Part shown: positions 1 to 10,272 of the stretch, in pieces
Position numbering within the stretch: the stretch's first letter is position 1
Layout: each line of letters begins with the position of its first letter
Assembly: GCA_963786105.1 (NCBI GenBank)
Contig: CAWAXX010000013.1
Span: forward strand, 64,001-128,000
Source of the DNA: Vulcanimicrobiota bacterium
GTDB taxonomy: Bacteria; Vulcanimicrobiota; Vulcanimicrobiia; Vulcanimicrobiales; Vulcanimicrobiaceae
Reading direction: 5' to 3'
Length of the DNA: 64,000 bases
The notes under the pieces: generated by a model
What the model was told of the DNA's origin: nothing
Database searches by the model: none
The model's input: the letters and a program-made list of their open reading frames with translations, nothing else
Made by a program: the position numbers and the translations under genes

Positions 1-1282
1 GTTGGCAGCCCAGTTCTTGGGGATCAATCGTCCAGATCTCACCGCCCAACTCACGCAACACTTGTTGCAAGTCGGCGACAAAACCGCGCAAGTCTACTAC
101 TACGACGGTTTCGCTCGCGAGGAACTCGGCGACCTTCGCAGCGCTACCTACGACTTGGAGCAAGCGTCGAATCTCGACCCTACCAATATGGGCGTGCTGG
201 CACAGCTATCCGAGGTGTATCTCAAGACCAACCGTGCCGCGGATGCCGAACGCGTCGCCAAACGCTCCGTAACCTTCAACAAGACCGAGCCGCTCGCATT
301 GATGACGCTCGGCAGCATTTATGCCGCCCAACAGAAGTACGACGACGCGCGCGTCCAATTCGAACTAGCTTACAAGTTGAATCCGAAGGATACGGCGCCG
401 ATCTACCAGATCGCTACCACGTACGCACAACAGAACAACATTCCGATGGCGCTCCAGACGATCAACCGCGCGCTGATGGTCGATCCCAAGAGCGTTCAGG
501 CGCTCGTGTACAAAGCCGATTTGTACGGCAAGCAGCACGACGACGCCCAGACGATCGCCGCGTACGACGACGCTATCGTCGCGGCACCCAGCGACGACCA
601 AAAAGCGCAAATCATGGTCCGCAAAGCGAGTTACTTCTTCGGCGAGAAGAAGAATCCACAAGGTGAAGCGATTCTCCAGCAGGCGACCACGCAGTTTCCG
701 AAGGTTGCCGGACCGTTCGTCGCATACGGCAACTACTACGCTTCGATCCATCAGTGGGACAAGGCGGCGGCCAAGCTGCAAGTCGCGCTGTCGCTCGATC
801 CGGACAATCCGGGCGCGCTGCTTGGGATGGGCGAGCTCTCGATGCAGAGCGGGAAAGTCACCGACAGCATCGGCTACCTAAAGCACTACACTCAAGTATC
901 GCCCGACGCGCAAGGATTCGCGCTGCTCGGCCAGGCGTATTCGCAGGCGCACAACTACGCGGGCGCCCGGGATTCGTGCGGCAAGAGTTTCGAAATTCAG
1001 CGCTCACCCGAAACGTTGAGCTGCGTCGCCGGTGCCGATTTCGAACTGAGAAACTACAAAGAGGCTGCGCAAATCTTCGACGTGCTCGACAAGAGCGCGC
1101 ATTCGTTCCTCGATCAAAATCCGACGCTGCTCTACATCGCGGCGAAATCGTATCAGGGCGCGAACCAGTGCGCGAAGGCGGCGGCCGCCTACAAGCGGCT
1201 ATTGCCGCTGATGCGCAAGGGTACGAACGATTACGCGAAGGTGCAGAAATCGGCGGCCGACCCGTGCGGCTCGAAGCACTGA
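1..1282 (+). CDS. Tetratricopeptide repeat protein, 5' truncated by window edge
   Basis: Open frame from window start; repeated helical TPR-like units (e.g. ALMTLGSIYAAQQKYDDARVQFELAYKLNPKD). Confidence 0.9.
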   Translation, partial: LAAQFLGINRPDLTAQLTQHLLQVGDKTAQVYYYDGFAREELGDLRSATYDLEQASNLDPTNMGVLAQLSEVYLKTNRAADAERVAKRSVTFNKTEPLALMTLGSIYAAQQKYDDARVQFELAYKLNPKDTAPIYQIATTYAQQNNIPMALQTINRALMVDPKSVQALVYKADLYGKQHDDAQTIAAYDDAIVAAPSDDQKAQIMVRKASYFFGEKKNPQGEAILQQATTQFPKVAGPFVAYGNYYASIHQWDKAAAKLQVALSLDPDNPGALLGMGELSMQSGKVTDSIGYLKHYTQVSPDAQGFALLGQAYSQAHNYAGARDSCGKSFEIQRSPETLSCVAGADFELRNYKEAAQIFDVLDKSAHSFLDQNPTLLYIAAKSYQGANQCAKAAAAYKRLLPLMRKGTNDYAKVQKSAADPCGSKH

Positions 1283-1292
1283 AGTCTAATCA

Positions 1293-2210
1293 CTGAAGTT
1301 CGTCACCGACGCCGTCTACGGCTACCATCTTCGCGGTCTGGGGCATCCGGAGTCACCCCAGCGCGTGGAAGTGGTCGCCGCTCGTTTGCGCGCAAAGGGC
1401 GTCATCAGGGAAACGATCGGCGCGCGGGACGCAAGCGATGAAGAGATCCTTCGCGTCCACACGCCGGAATATTTGGAACTCGTCAAGCGCGAGATCGCCG
1501 AACTGCGAGGACCGCGTGAGCTTTCAACCGGCGACGTGGTCGTCGACCCGCGCTCGCTCGAGGCCGCCCGCCGGGCGGCCGGCGGGGCGATCGTCGCCGT
1601 CGAGGCCTGCATAGACGGTCGTCAGGCCGTATTCGCTTTGGTTCGCCCGCCCGGCCATCATGCCGAGCCCGGTCGCGGGATGGGTTTCTGCCTGTTTAAC
1701 AATGTCGCCGTTGCCGCGCGGGCCTATCGCGCCCGGACCGGGGGCCGGGTGCTGGTTGCCGACTTCGACTACCACCACGGCAACGGGACCCAAGCGGTCG
1801 CGGGGAACGGCCTTTCCTACGTCTCTACCCACGCTTTTCCGGCCTACCCCGGCACCGGCCGAGAGAGCTATGCGCTCGGCAGGGACGCGGTCGTCAACGT
1901 GCTGTTGCCGGCGGCGGGAGTCTCGACCGCAACCTTCGCCGATACCTGGGCGGAGCTGCTGCCCCGGGTGGCCGCGGTGGTCGAACCCGACCTCCTGATC
2001 GTGAGCGCGGGCTTCGATTACGTCGAGGGCGACCCGGTCGGCGACCTCGGCGTCGGGGTCGAGGCAGCCGGCCGCCTGGCTGCCGTCATCAAGGCAACGG
2101 CCGCCCGCCACTGCGAGGGCCGGGTCGCCTACGTACTTGAGGGCGGCTACGACCTTGACGCCATCTGCGACTCCATCCGGCAAATCGCCACAGTAAGCGA
2201 CGCTCCCTGA
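1293..2210 (+). CDS. Histone deacetylase / acetylpolyamine amidohydrolase family protein
   Basis: Motifs GHPE, RPPGHHA, GFCLFNN, DFDYHHGNGTQ, SAGFD, LEGGY; frame extends upstream of GTG 1365 to CTG 1293 (in-frame TAA at 1287). Confidence 0.9.
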   Translation: MKFVTDAVYGYHLRGLGHPESPQRVEVVAARLRAKGVIRETIGARDASDEEILRVHTPEYLELVKREIAELRGPRELSTGDVVVDPRSLEAARRAAGGAIVAVEACIDGRQAVFALVRPPGHHAEPGRGMGFCLFNNVAVAARAYRARTGGRVLVADFDYHHGNGTQAVAGNGLSYVSTHAFPAYPGTGRESYALGRDAVVNVLLPAAGVSTATFADTWAELLPRVAAVVEPDLLIVSAGFDYVEGDPVGDLGVGVEAAGRLAAVIKATAARHCEGRVAYVLEGGYDLDAICDSIRQIATVSDAP

Positions 2211-2359
2211 CCCCCAGTTTTCCTCCTCGGATTCTCAGAGATTCCTCAAGGATGCGAAGCTGGCGTTCCGAACTAGCGTTCTCAGCGGGCCAATTAGGGG
2301 GACCCACGCGGGTTTGCCCGTTTTGGCTTGGCCACTAACAACTACCTGAGGAGGTATTA

Positions 2360-5300
2360 ATGATCCGGAGATCATTCCGGCATATCGTTACCGCTCTGGT
2401 ACTTCTCGTCGCTTTCGTCTGCCAGGGAACATGGGCACTGGCAGGCACGACGGGCGGTCTCACCGGAGCCGTAGTCGACGCCGAAACTTCTGCACCGGTA
2501 GCGGGAGCGCAAGTAACGGTGGCTAGTCCATCGCAAACTGCTACCCAAAGTACCGATGCACTCGGTCACTACGTCTTTCTGACGCTTCCGCCAGATACGT
2601 ATACGGTGACCGTCGCAAAGGGCGGCTACCAGTCGCTTAGTGTTCCCGGTCAGACCGTTTTCGCCGATACCCGGCAGACCCTGACCGTCCGTTTGATCAA
2701 GGAACTCAGGACCATCGCCCACGTCGCCGCCATCGGTGCGGGGACGCTCGTTAAGTCCGGTACGACGGCCGACGTGTATTCGGTCAACGCCGCAGCGCAA
2801 AAGGCTGCTTCGGCGCTTGGCGGCGGCGGATCGTTGAACTCGGCCTATTCGGCCGTCGCCAGCGTTCCGGGTGCCTACGTTCCGGCTAACCAAACGGGGT
2901 ATTTCCAAACCGTCACGATTCGCGGCGGCGACTACGACCAAGTCGGCTACGAATTCGACGGCGTCCCGGTCAACCGGTCGTTCGACAACTACCCGTCGAG
3001 CTCGGCATCGTCACTCGGCAACGCCGAGGTGCAGGTGTACACCGGTGCTAACCCGGCCAACTCCGAGAGCCAAGGTCTCTCGGGCTACATTAACCAGGTC
3101 ATCAAGACCGGCACGTATCCCGGCTACGCACAAGGGCAGCTCGGTATCGGCACGCCTCAGTTCTACCATCGAGCGATGGTAGAAGCCGGCGGCGCTACGC
3201 CCGACCGTCTGTTCTCGTACTACGTCGGCGTTGCCGGTTACAATCAGGACTTCAACTACGTCGACAATCAGAACGGCTCCAGCTACGACAACTGGGTCGG
3301 CGCACCGCTGGCTCCCATCGGCAACATCAGCTACGCCGGAGGCACGCAGTACGCGATGGGACCGTTCAACTACGCGCTTCTTTCCAACATCTCTGCGCGC
3401 GACGCGGTGGTGAATTTCCACATTGGAATTCCGCATCACAACGATGCCGGTCGTGACGACGTTCAGCTGCTGTGGGACAGCGAATCGCTCCACAACAACT
3501 TCTACTCGACGACGAACGACATCACGTCGACGACCGGTTGTAGTAACGTCACTTCCGGCGCGCAGTGCGCCAACAACATCGGATTGGGCCAACCGCTCTA
3601 TCTCGACGGCTACCTTCTGAACTCGCAGAGTTCCGTCGGAAAGCTGTTCACGGCGGGCCAGCTCAACGCGCTGGGAAGCACCGTCAGCCCGTATTTCTAT
3701 CCGAACAGCAATGGCCGGACGGCGCCGTTCATCAACTGCGCCGTAGGACTCGCTCCCGCCACTGCGTGCGCGATTCCGAACACGGCCAGCGACACGATCT
3801 GGAATAACCAGGAAATCGTGAAGGTGCAGTATACGAAGAACTTTGGTTCTACTTCGTTCTTCCGTATCTACGGCTACACGTACTACAGCGACTGGCTCCA
3901 GAACGGGCCGCAGTCCACGTACGCGGACTACGCCGGTTGCTGTTCTCCCGACTACGAGCTGACCTCGCACACCCGCGGTATCAGCGCGTCGTATCAAAAT
4001 CAGTTCAACGCGCAGAACCTCTTGAGCGCGCAAGTCTCGTACGTTACCGCGAACAGCGTTCGCGACAACAACACGCAGATGGTGAACTTCGGCGGCGCAC
4101 GTAGCTACGCCGCAGTGGCGGTAAACGCCGCCGATCCGTACGGCGGTTATTGTTACAATCCCGCCGGACAGCTGTGGACCTGCGCCAAGGGCGGGGGAGC
4201 AACTTGGGCGACGTGGGGCAACCTCGGCTCTCCGGGCATCTTCGGACCGGCTCCGTCTCTTCCGGGCCGCTGTCCGGATCCGAACGTCAGATCGACGCAG
4301 TGCACCTACTTGCTGGCCGAGAATAGCTCTTATGCCACGTACAACCAAGTCGTTCCGAAGTTCTTCTCGGCATCGTTGACCGACGAATTTCGGCCGAGCG
4401 ACCGGTGGTTGATCAACCTCGGCGTTCGTCTGGATAGCTTCACGTTCGAAGGCTCGAACACGGACAGTGGCGCCGCTCGTAACTTCTTCACCAACGCTTT
4501 CAACATCGACAACTGCGTGAACAACATCACCGGACATCCAACCAGTAAGGCCGCGCTCGGCATCACCGATCCGAGGATGCCGTGTCCTTCGGGTTATTCG
4601 CGAGCGAACTTTACCAACACAGCGGCGAACTTCACGTACAACATCTACCAGCCGCGCATCAGCGGAACGTACACGGCGGATCCTTCAAACGTCATCCGCT
4701 TCTCGTACGGCCGCTACACGGAAGCGCCGAACTCGGCGTTCGAGCAGTACAACACGCTCCAGAACGACCTGGCGGATTACGTCGGCCAGAACTTCTATCA
4801 GTACGGCCGCACGTCGCCGGGTTACCCGATCGTTCCCCCGACCTCGATCAACTATGACATCTCGTGGGAACACCACTTCAAGGGAACGGACATGTCGTTC
4901 AAGCTGACGCCGTATCTCCGGCAGACGCAGAACCAGATCCAGCTGTTCTTCCTCGACCAGAAGACGGCGTTCGTTTCCGGTCTGAATGCCGGCGACCAGC
5001 GCAGCCAAGGTTTCGAGTTCCAGTTCCAAAAGGGTGACTTCTCGCGGAACGGTTTCGCGGCTGTTCTCTCGTTTGCGTACACGAACTCGTACATCCACTA
5101 CGGCTCGCTACCGTCCGGTCAATACGGAACGTCCATCATTGCCGGCACGAACCAGGTCATCTCGGCGTACAACGCCTATACCAAGGCGTGCGCTCCGGGC
5201 GGCAAGTATGTCGGTCAGATTGGGCCCAACCGTCTCCCACTTTGCGGCGCCACGAGCTCGGGAGTTGCGGCGGCTCCGTGTTACACCACGGCCGGCGCTC

Positions 5301-6034
5301 CGGTCTATACCTGTACGGCAGCCGACGTCGGCAACCCGTATTGGAATAACCCGCAGCCGTTCATCGATCCGGGTACGGCCTTCCCGACCTTCAGCCTCTT
5401 CCCGGGCGGCATCGGCAGCTCGGCGGCGGCTTACGGCGTACCGTATGCGGCGTCGCTGATCCTAAACTACAAGCACGACAAGTGGGCAATCACGCCCTCG
5501 ATGTCGTTCTCGGCGGGCGGCAAGTACGGTTATCCGCAAAGCAACCCGGGTATCGACCCGGCTGCTTGCGGTGCCGTTCTTCCCGGCGTCAACGGGTTCA
5601 ACGGCGGTGGCCGCTACAACTCGCTGTCGTGCGGACAGCTGGCGGCGGTACCGGATACCTACACCGGCGTGTTCGATCCGCTCGGCTCGTTTACGCAGCC
5701 GAACTTCTTCGGCTTGAACCTGCAGTTGGAGTACGACGTAAGCCCGCGCCTGTCGCTGACCGGCGTATTGGCAAACCTCGTCAACACCTGCTGGGGCGGC
5801 ACGAAGGCTGCGTGGACCTCGTCCAGCGGTAACGTCTGCGGCTACACTGCAGGCGGATTCGCCGGCGCGATCCTTCCGGTCGGAAACGCTTTTAACCCGC
5901 CCGGGTTCAACGGCTCGATCGTTCAGCCGTTGGTCAAGTATCCGTATAACCCACTCTTTGGTCCATTCAACCAAGACGGAAACTCGACCAAGACTCCGTT
6001 CCAATTCTTCGTGACGGCGAACGTCAAGATCTAG
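2360..6034 (+). CDS. TonB-dependent receptor with N-terminal carboxypeptidase-regulatory-like domain
   Basis: 1224 aa; signal peptide, GxLxGxVVD N-domain, plug motif TIRGG...YEFDGVPVN, LGVRLD strand, C-terminal beta strand; SD GAGGAGG. Confidence 0.85.
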   Translation: MIRRSFRHIVTALVLLVAFVCQGTWALAGTTGGLTGAVVDAETSAPVAGAQVTVASPSQTATQSTDALGHYVFLTLPPDTYTVTVAKGGYQSLSVPGQTVFADTRQTLTVRLIKELRTIAHVAAIGAGTLVKSGTTADVYSVNAAAQKAASALGGGGSLNSAYSAVASVPGAYVPANQTGYFQTVTIRGGDYDQVGYEFDGVPVNRSFDNYPSSSASSLGNAEVQVYTGANPANSESQGLSGYINQVIKTGTYPGYAQGQLGIGTPQFYHRAMVEAGGATPDRLFSYYVGVAGYNQDFNYVDNQNGSSYDNWVGAPLAPIGNISYAGGTQYAMGPFNYALLSNISARDAVVNFHIGIPHHNDAGRDDVQLLWDSESLHNNFYSTTNDITSTTGCSNVTSGAQCANNIGLGQPLYLDGYLLNSQSSVGKLFTAGQLNALGSTVSPYFYPNSNGRTAPFINCAVGLAPATACAIPNTASDTIWNNQEIVKVQYTKNFGSTSFFRIYGYTYYSDWLQNGPQSTYADYAGCCSPDYELTSHTRGISASYQNQFNAQNLLSAQVSYVTANSVRDNNTQMVNFGGARSYAAVAVNAADPYGGYCYNPAGQLWTCAKGGGATWATWGNLGSPGIFGPAPSLPGRCPDPNVRSTQCTYLLAENSSYATYNQVVPKFFSASLTDEFRPSDRWLINLGVRLDSFTFEGSNTDSGAARNFFTNAFNIDNCVNNITGHPTSKAALGITDPRMPCPSGYSRANFTNTAANFTYNIYQPRISGTYTADPSNVIRFSYGRYTEAPNSAFEQYNTLQNDLADYVGQNFYQYGRTSPGYPIVPPTSINYDISWEHHFKGTDMSFKLTPYLRQTQNQIQLFFLDQKTAFVSGLNAGDQRSQGFEFQFQKGDFSRNGFAAVLSFAYTNSYIHYGSLPSGQYGTSIIAGTNQVISAYNAYTKACAPGGKYVGQIGPNRLPLCGATSSGVAAAPCYTTAGAPVYTCTAADVGNPYWNNPQPFIDPGTAFPTFSLFPGGIGSSAAAYGVPYAASLILNYKHDKWAITPSMSFSAGGKYGYPQSNPGIDPAACGAVLPGVNGFNGGGRYNSLSCGQLAAVPDTYTGVFDPLGSFTQPNFFGLNLQLEYDVSPRLSLTGVLANLVNTCWGGTKAAWTSSSGNVCGYTAGGFAGAILPVGNAFNPPGFNGSIVQPLVKYPYNPLFGPFNQDGNSTKTPFQFFVTANVKI

Positions 6035-6049
6035 TCGCAACGTCTCGCA

Positions 6050-6094
6050 GAAAAACCGAGAGGCCTCCGCACCGCGGAGGCCTCTCTTCTTTTT
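6050..6094. terminator. Intrinsic terminator, probably bidirectional
   Basis: 13-bp stem GAGAGGCCTCCGC/GCGGAGGCCTCTC (6058-6086) with T tract after and A tract before, between convergent genes. Confidence 0.9.
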
Positions 6095-6109
6095 GACGCG
6101 CGGGTGCTG

Positions 6110-7129
6110 CTACAGCGATGCGGCGATGCGTTGAAGTTCGTCGAGACGGAGATCGCCCACCAGCGCGAATTGCAGCGGTCCGTCGCTCCAGGTCAGCAGC
6201 GTGTTGGGTCCCTGCTCGGCGTAGCGCGCGTCGTGCCCCGAAATGCTGACCGGCTGTGGATGCAGCGGCTGCAGGTTGACGGCCACGTCACCGGTGTTTT
6301 CGAAGAGCGATACGGTGCGGATGCCGTCGGAATAGAGCAAGTGCAGCGTAGGAACGTTTTTGACCTCGATCATGTGGCCTTCGACGGGGGAAAAGCCGTC
6401 GGGCAGAAACTTGGGACCGCGCGCCGCAAATCCGGCGGAGCGCACGACTTGCGCGACGTTTTTAGACGGCTCGCCGAACGTCGGCCCTCTAACGGCCACG
6501 AACTGCTTCGGCAAACCGAAGTCGGCTTCGGGAATGTCGGCCGTGTAGCGGATGCTCTCGAAACGAACTTCGTTGACGAGCGAGCCGTCGGATGCGAACT
6601 GCTGCTTGTCGAGGACGAGCTTGCTCTGCTCGTCGATCCGCACTAGCATCGTGACGTGACTGGTATATTTGTTGATCAGCGCGACGTTGCGAACTTGGCG
6701 GCCGTCGAAGGACTCGGCCGTTTTCTTGATCGCGTGATAGTTGGCGCGCAGAAGAATGTAGTTGTCGTCGCGGGCGATCTGGTCGCTGGCGGCGTCATTT
6801 TCGCTTTGCAACACGCGATGGCGGCGGACGTCGATGAAAAAGCTTTGGTCGCCGCGGGTTACGACCGAATCGCCGCGCAGGCGCGGCGGCGACATGTAGA
6901 CTCGCTCGGTAAGGTTGGGGGCGCGGTGCTCGATGCGGTAAACGGATGCTACCGATCCTTGATTCCCTATGCTGACGTCTTCGACCGTTCCGGTATACGA
7001 TACCGTCGCCGGTGCGGTCATAGCGTCGAAGACAAAGCCGTCCGCCGGCTCGTCGTTCGGCGCCGCGCTGGCGAGCGAAAGGCTTGCCGCGAACGCTACG
7101 GCGCCCGCGAACACTTTCAAGCGGGTCAC
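6110..7129 (-). CDS. MucB/RseB-family sigma-E regulatory protein
   Basis: Signal peptide, SYTGT start of LolA-like fold, C-terminal LPDGF...HLLYSDGIRTVSLF; third gene of sigma/anti-sigma operon. Confidence 0.8.
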   Translation of the reverse strand: MTRLKVFAGAVAFAASLSLASAAPNDEPADGFVFDAMTAPATVSYTGTVEDVSIGNQGSVASVYRIEHRAPNLTERVYMSPPRLRGDSVVTRGDQSFFIDVRRHRVLQSENDAASDQIARDDNYILLRANYHAIKKTAESFDGRQVRNVALINKYTSHVTMLVRIDEQSKLVLDKQQFASDGSLVNEVRFESIRYTADIPEADFGLPKQFVAVRGPTFGEPSKNVAQVVRSAGFAARGPKFLPDGFSPVEGHMIEVKNVPTLHLLYSDGIRTVSLFENTGDVAVNLQPLHPQPVSISGHDARYAEQGPNTLLTWSDGPLQFALVGDLRLDELQRIAASL

Positions 7130-7602
7130 GGGCTCTGGTCCGACGTCAGCATCGTCGGCAAGGCCGCGCCCTCCTCGAACGGCATGGTACTCGCCAGCGC
7201 CGCGTGGTTCTCAATATAATATGCGGCATCGTTTGCATCGCTCTTTGGAGTTCCGTGCCATCCTCCCGCCATGGCGTAAATAGCCACCACGATCGCGACA
7301 ACGACGGGGACGGCGATTAGCTGGCGAGGCGTCGTCGCCAGCCGCTGCCACGACCACCAGGGGGTAACCCGCTCGCTCGACGCACGGGCGTAGATCGCAG
7401 TGGTGAGACCGGGCGGTAACTCGCGCTCCTCCTCTCGAGCGTGGCGTCGCAATAATTCGCCGAGGCGCACTTCCATATCGTGCGCTTCCGCGCAGTTGGC
7501 ACAGGCGGCCACATGGGCGTGGATGGCGGCATCTTCACGGGCGGAGAGTTCGCCGTGGACGTAGTCGACCAGTTGATCCATGGAGGGATGCTGTTGATTC
7601 AT
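7126..7602 (-). CDS. Zinc-finger (zf-HC2) anti-sigma factor
   Basis: HVAACANC (HxxxCxxC) motif and one TM helix; 4-bp overlaps with neighbours. Confidence 0.85.
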   Translation of the reverse strand: MNQQHPSMDQLVDYVHGELSAREDAAIHAHVAACANCAEAHDMEVRLGELLRRHAREEERELPPGLTTAIYARASSERVTPWWSWQRLATTPRQLIAVPVVVAIVVAIYAMAGGWHGTPKSDANDAAYYIENHAALASTMPFEEGAALPTMLTSDQSP

Positions 7603-8186
7603 GATGATGGCGATTTTAAGTTCCGGGTGACGAGTTTACGAAGCTGGCTGCGAGCGCGATGCAAGCGCGACCGCACCGTACCGACCGAACAACCGACGAT
7701 TCCCGCAATCTCCGCATAGCTGCATTCCTCGATGTCCGCTAGTACTACGATTTGGCGCTGCTCGGAAGAGAGCGCGTCGAGTGCCTTCGAGACCGGTTCG
7801 CTGAGGTAACCTTCGACGTATTCATCAATAGGGTTCTCCGCCAGGGGCCGGTCGCCGGCGAAGGCCCGCGGCTCGTTGTCCTCCGGAATCTCAACAAGAT
7901 AACGTCCCTTTTGACGCCGAAGTTCGTCGCGGTGCAGATTGGTGACGATTCGGTAGATCCACGAGAGAAAAGAGGTCCCCGGCTTGAAGCTCCGCCAGGC
8001 GCGGAAGACGCGGATGAAGGCCTCCTGGGTCAGGTCGCGGGCATCGGTGTCGTTATGGGTCAGACGGAAGGCGAAGTTATAGGTCGCCTTGCCGTACTGC
8101 TCGACGGCGCGCTCTAAGAACGCCGTCTGTTCCGGAGTTGCGGGTTCGACCAGCCTGCGTGGTGCTGCCATGAGCTTACAAGCCAT
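7599..8186 (-). CDS. ECF RNA polymerase sigma-70 factor (RpoE-like)
   Basis: Region 2 DARDLTQEAFIRVF..SWIYRIVTN; region 4 SYAEIAGIVGCSVGTVRSRLHRAR. Confidence 0.95.
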   Translation of the reverse strand: MACKLMAAPRRLVEPATPEQTAFLERAVEQYGKATYNFAFRLTHNDTDARDLTQEAFIRVFRAWRSFKPGTSFLSWIYRIVTNLHRDELRRQKGRYLVEIPEDNEPRAFAGDRPLAENPIDEYVEGYLSEPVSKALDALSSEQRQIVVLADIEECSYAEIAGIVGCSVGTVRSRLHRARSQLRKLVTRNLKSPSS

Positions 8187-8244
8187 TTATCGCCACCCAG
8201 CCGAGCGGCCCTTCCCGCAGGGAAGCGATGCGAGTCCGTAACTC

Positions 8245-9204
8245 CTACGGCTTGGCCCATAGGATACGTGCGACGCACCATAGCGCTCCGGCCACCAGGA
8301 ACACGATGATGAAGAACAACGCCAGTTCCAGCAGTACGATGCCTGCGAACTGGCTACCGCCGCAAATGGCCACCACATTTGCGACCAGCGAGAGTTTGAA
8401 TCGTTCGAAAGGATTGCTCGAAAGCCCGGCGATGGAGCGCGCCTGAGCCAACGCCGCTTGAGGATCCCAACTGGCGGTGTCGGCGATGAAACCGATCCGG
8501 CCTTCGGAGGTCGCGATGAAGAGCTTGTCGTCGTGCAAGAAGTTGTCGGTTGAAACGCGCATCGAGCTGATGCGAAACTCGTCAAGCACCCGTTGAACGG
8601 CCGAGCCCGTGCCGGTGAGCAGCGACCATATCCGGTGGTCGGCACCGTACGCCGCACCGTACCGCTGCAAGACAGCGGGCGAATCGTAGGGCGGGTCTAG
8701 TGTAATTTCTACCAGTGCGAAGCGGGCTGGATCGAGATGCGCTTGCAAATACGCGAATTTCCCGCTGATTGCCGGGCACAGCGTCCGGTCCGGGCAACGC
8801 GAAAAAACGAACGCAACCAACGTGGTCTTTCCTTTAAATGCGCGGTCGAGTTCGACGATGCGACCGTCTTGATCCACCAAGCGGGCCGGCGGCAACGGGC
8901 TTCCCAGTTCGAGCGGAATCACGCGCCCGGGCTCCGGCAGACCGGGCGAAAACGGCCGGGCGGCGGCCGCTTCGCGCAAGCGCCACGGGCGAGTGGAACG
9001 GTCGAGAAGCGCGTCGATTTGGGTGCCGGCGGTCGCCGCGCTCGCCGGAGCGACGCGATAACGCCGGGTGGACGACGGCAAGGTTCGCGGAACGGAATCC
9101 GTGCGGACGATCGCACTTCCGTCCGACAAACGATCGAGGACGATGCCATGCACCGGTACGACGGTGAGCGCCGCGACGGCCGCAAATACGAACCCCAGCA
9201 TCAC
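8245..9204 (-). CDS. SCO1/SenC family protein with N-terminal extension and C-terminal TM helix
   Basis: LVDQDG, FVFSRCPDRTLCP, ITLDPPYDSP, conserved His (FLHD). Confidence 0.8.
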   Translation of the reverse strand: MMLGFVFAAVAALTVVPVHGIVLDRLSDGSAIVRTDSVPRTLPSSTRRYRVAPASAATAGTQIDALLDRSTRPWRLREAAAARPFSPGLPEPGRVIPLELGSPLPPARLVDQDGRIVELDRAFKGKTTLVAFVFSRCPDRTLCPAISGKFAYLQAHLDPARFALVEITLDPPYDSPAVLQRYGAAYGADHRIWSLLTGTGSAVQRVLDEFRISSMRVSTDNFLHDDKLFIATSEGRIGFIADTASWDPQAALAQARSIAGLSSNPFERFKLSLVANVVAICGGSQFAGIVLLELALFFIIVFLVAGALWCVARILWAKP

Positions 9205-9755
9205 GTTGACACGTCGCGTATGCTGGCGGTCAACGTCGCGTCCGAATCGTCGTCGTTACGAATGGAGCGAATGTTGCCGCGTCCGTCGATCGCATAGATG
9301 ACCGCCGTGTGGGCAACGTCGTAGTCGTTGGCAAGACGGTGCTTCCCTGGGATGCGTTGCGCCCAAACGTGGTAGGCACCCTCGATTTGGGCGACGTGCG
9401 ATGGAGCGCCGGTGAGGCCGACGATCGGCCCGCCGAATCGCGCGACGAACCGGTGCAGCACGGGTGGCGTATCGCGCTGGGGATCGACGGTCACCATCGC
9501 GATTTCGACCGTGTTTGCAGCCGCTCCAAGCGATTGCGTCAGCCGCGCGAGTTTCGCAAGCGTAGCCGGGCACGTATCGGCGCAATGCGTGAAGCCGAAC
9601 GTCAATAGGACCGGCCTGCCTGCCTGAGCCGAGAGCGTCCACGGCCGGCCACCATCGGCAGTGAGCGTGAAGTCCGGCGCATTCCCGCCGCGCGGCGCGC
9701 AACCGAAGCCGGCGGCGACGAGGAGCGCGGCGCAAAAACCGCGGGTCGATGACAT
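9201..9755 (-). CDS. SCO1/SenC family lipoprotein
   Basis: FGFTHCADTCP (CxxxC), VTVDPQRDTP, YDVAHT. Confidence 0.9.
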   Translation of the reverse strand: MSSTRGFCAALLVAAGFGCAPRGGNAPDFTLTADGGRPWTLSAQAGRPVLLTFGFTHCADTCPATLAKLARLTQSLGAAANTVEIAMVTVDPQRDTPPVLHRFVARFGGPIVGLTGAPSHVAQIEGAYHVWAQRIPGKHRLANDYDVAHTAVIYAIDGRGNIRSIRNDDDSDATLTASIRDVST

Positions 9756-9834
9756 AGCTCTATACTACGCCACCCGGCGCCTGCGCCCGTAAGAAAGAGG
9801 TCGTTGCTACCCCGTGGGCGCAACGAAAGGCGCG

Positions 9835-10272
9835 GTGAACGCCGCCGTTTTCGCGATCCGCTTGATCATCGGAGGCTTGCTCCTGGGCGCCGGTGCTCTC
9901 AAGGTCGGTCATTCGGTCGAGTTGGCGGCGGCGATGGCTGGATTTCGCCTGCTGCCGCCTCCGGCGATCGGTCCGCTTGCTCTGGCCTTGCCGTTTTTCG
10001 AGATGTTCCTGGGACTGTATCTCGTCGCTGGACTCTTCACCCGAGTTGCCGCGACGGTCGCCTGCGTGCAGTTTCTCGTCTACGCCGTCGCCGTTGCATC
10101 GGCCGTGATGCGCCACATTCCGGCCGACTGCGGATGCTTCGGCCCTGCCGACGCGGCGGTGGCGGATTGGCCGCACGTCGCGTTCGATTTTGGCCTGTCG
10201 CTAGCAAGCGCGTTCATTATCTATGGCGCCCCCGGCGCCCTCGCCGTCGATCGGAGATTTCGCTCGTCATGA
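9835..10272 (+). CDS. MauE/DoxX-family membrane protein
   Basis: Four hydrophobic segments and DCGCFG motif; GTG 9835 follows AAAGG (alternative start 9814). Confidence 0.8.
   Translation: MNAAVFAIRLIIGGLLLGAGALKVGHSVELAAAMAGFRLLPPPAIGPLALALPFFEMFLGLYLVAGLFTRVAATVACVQFLVYAVAVASAVMRHIPADCGCFGPADAAVADWPHVAFDFGLSLASAFIIYGAPGALAVDRRFRSS

Noticed and set aside
2215..2255. Weak TTC(C)TC direct repeats upstream of the large TonB receptor
   Set aside because: Too short and degenerate to support an operator call
3011..4537. Long antisense ORFs (also 16315-17745, 23049-23993, 62881-63912)
   Set aside because: Shadows of well-supported genes, typical of high-GC codon bias
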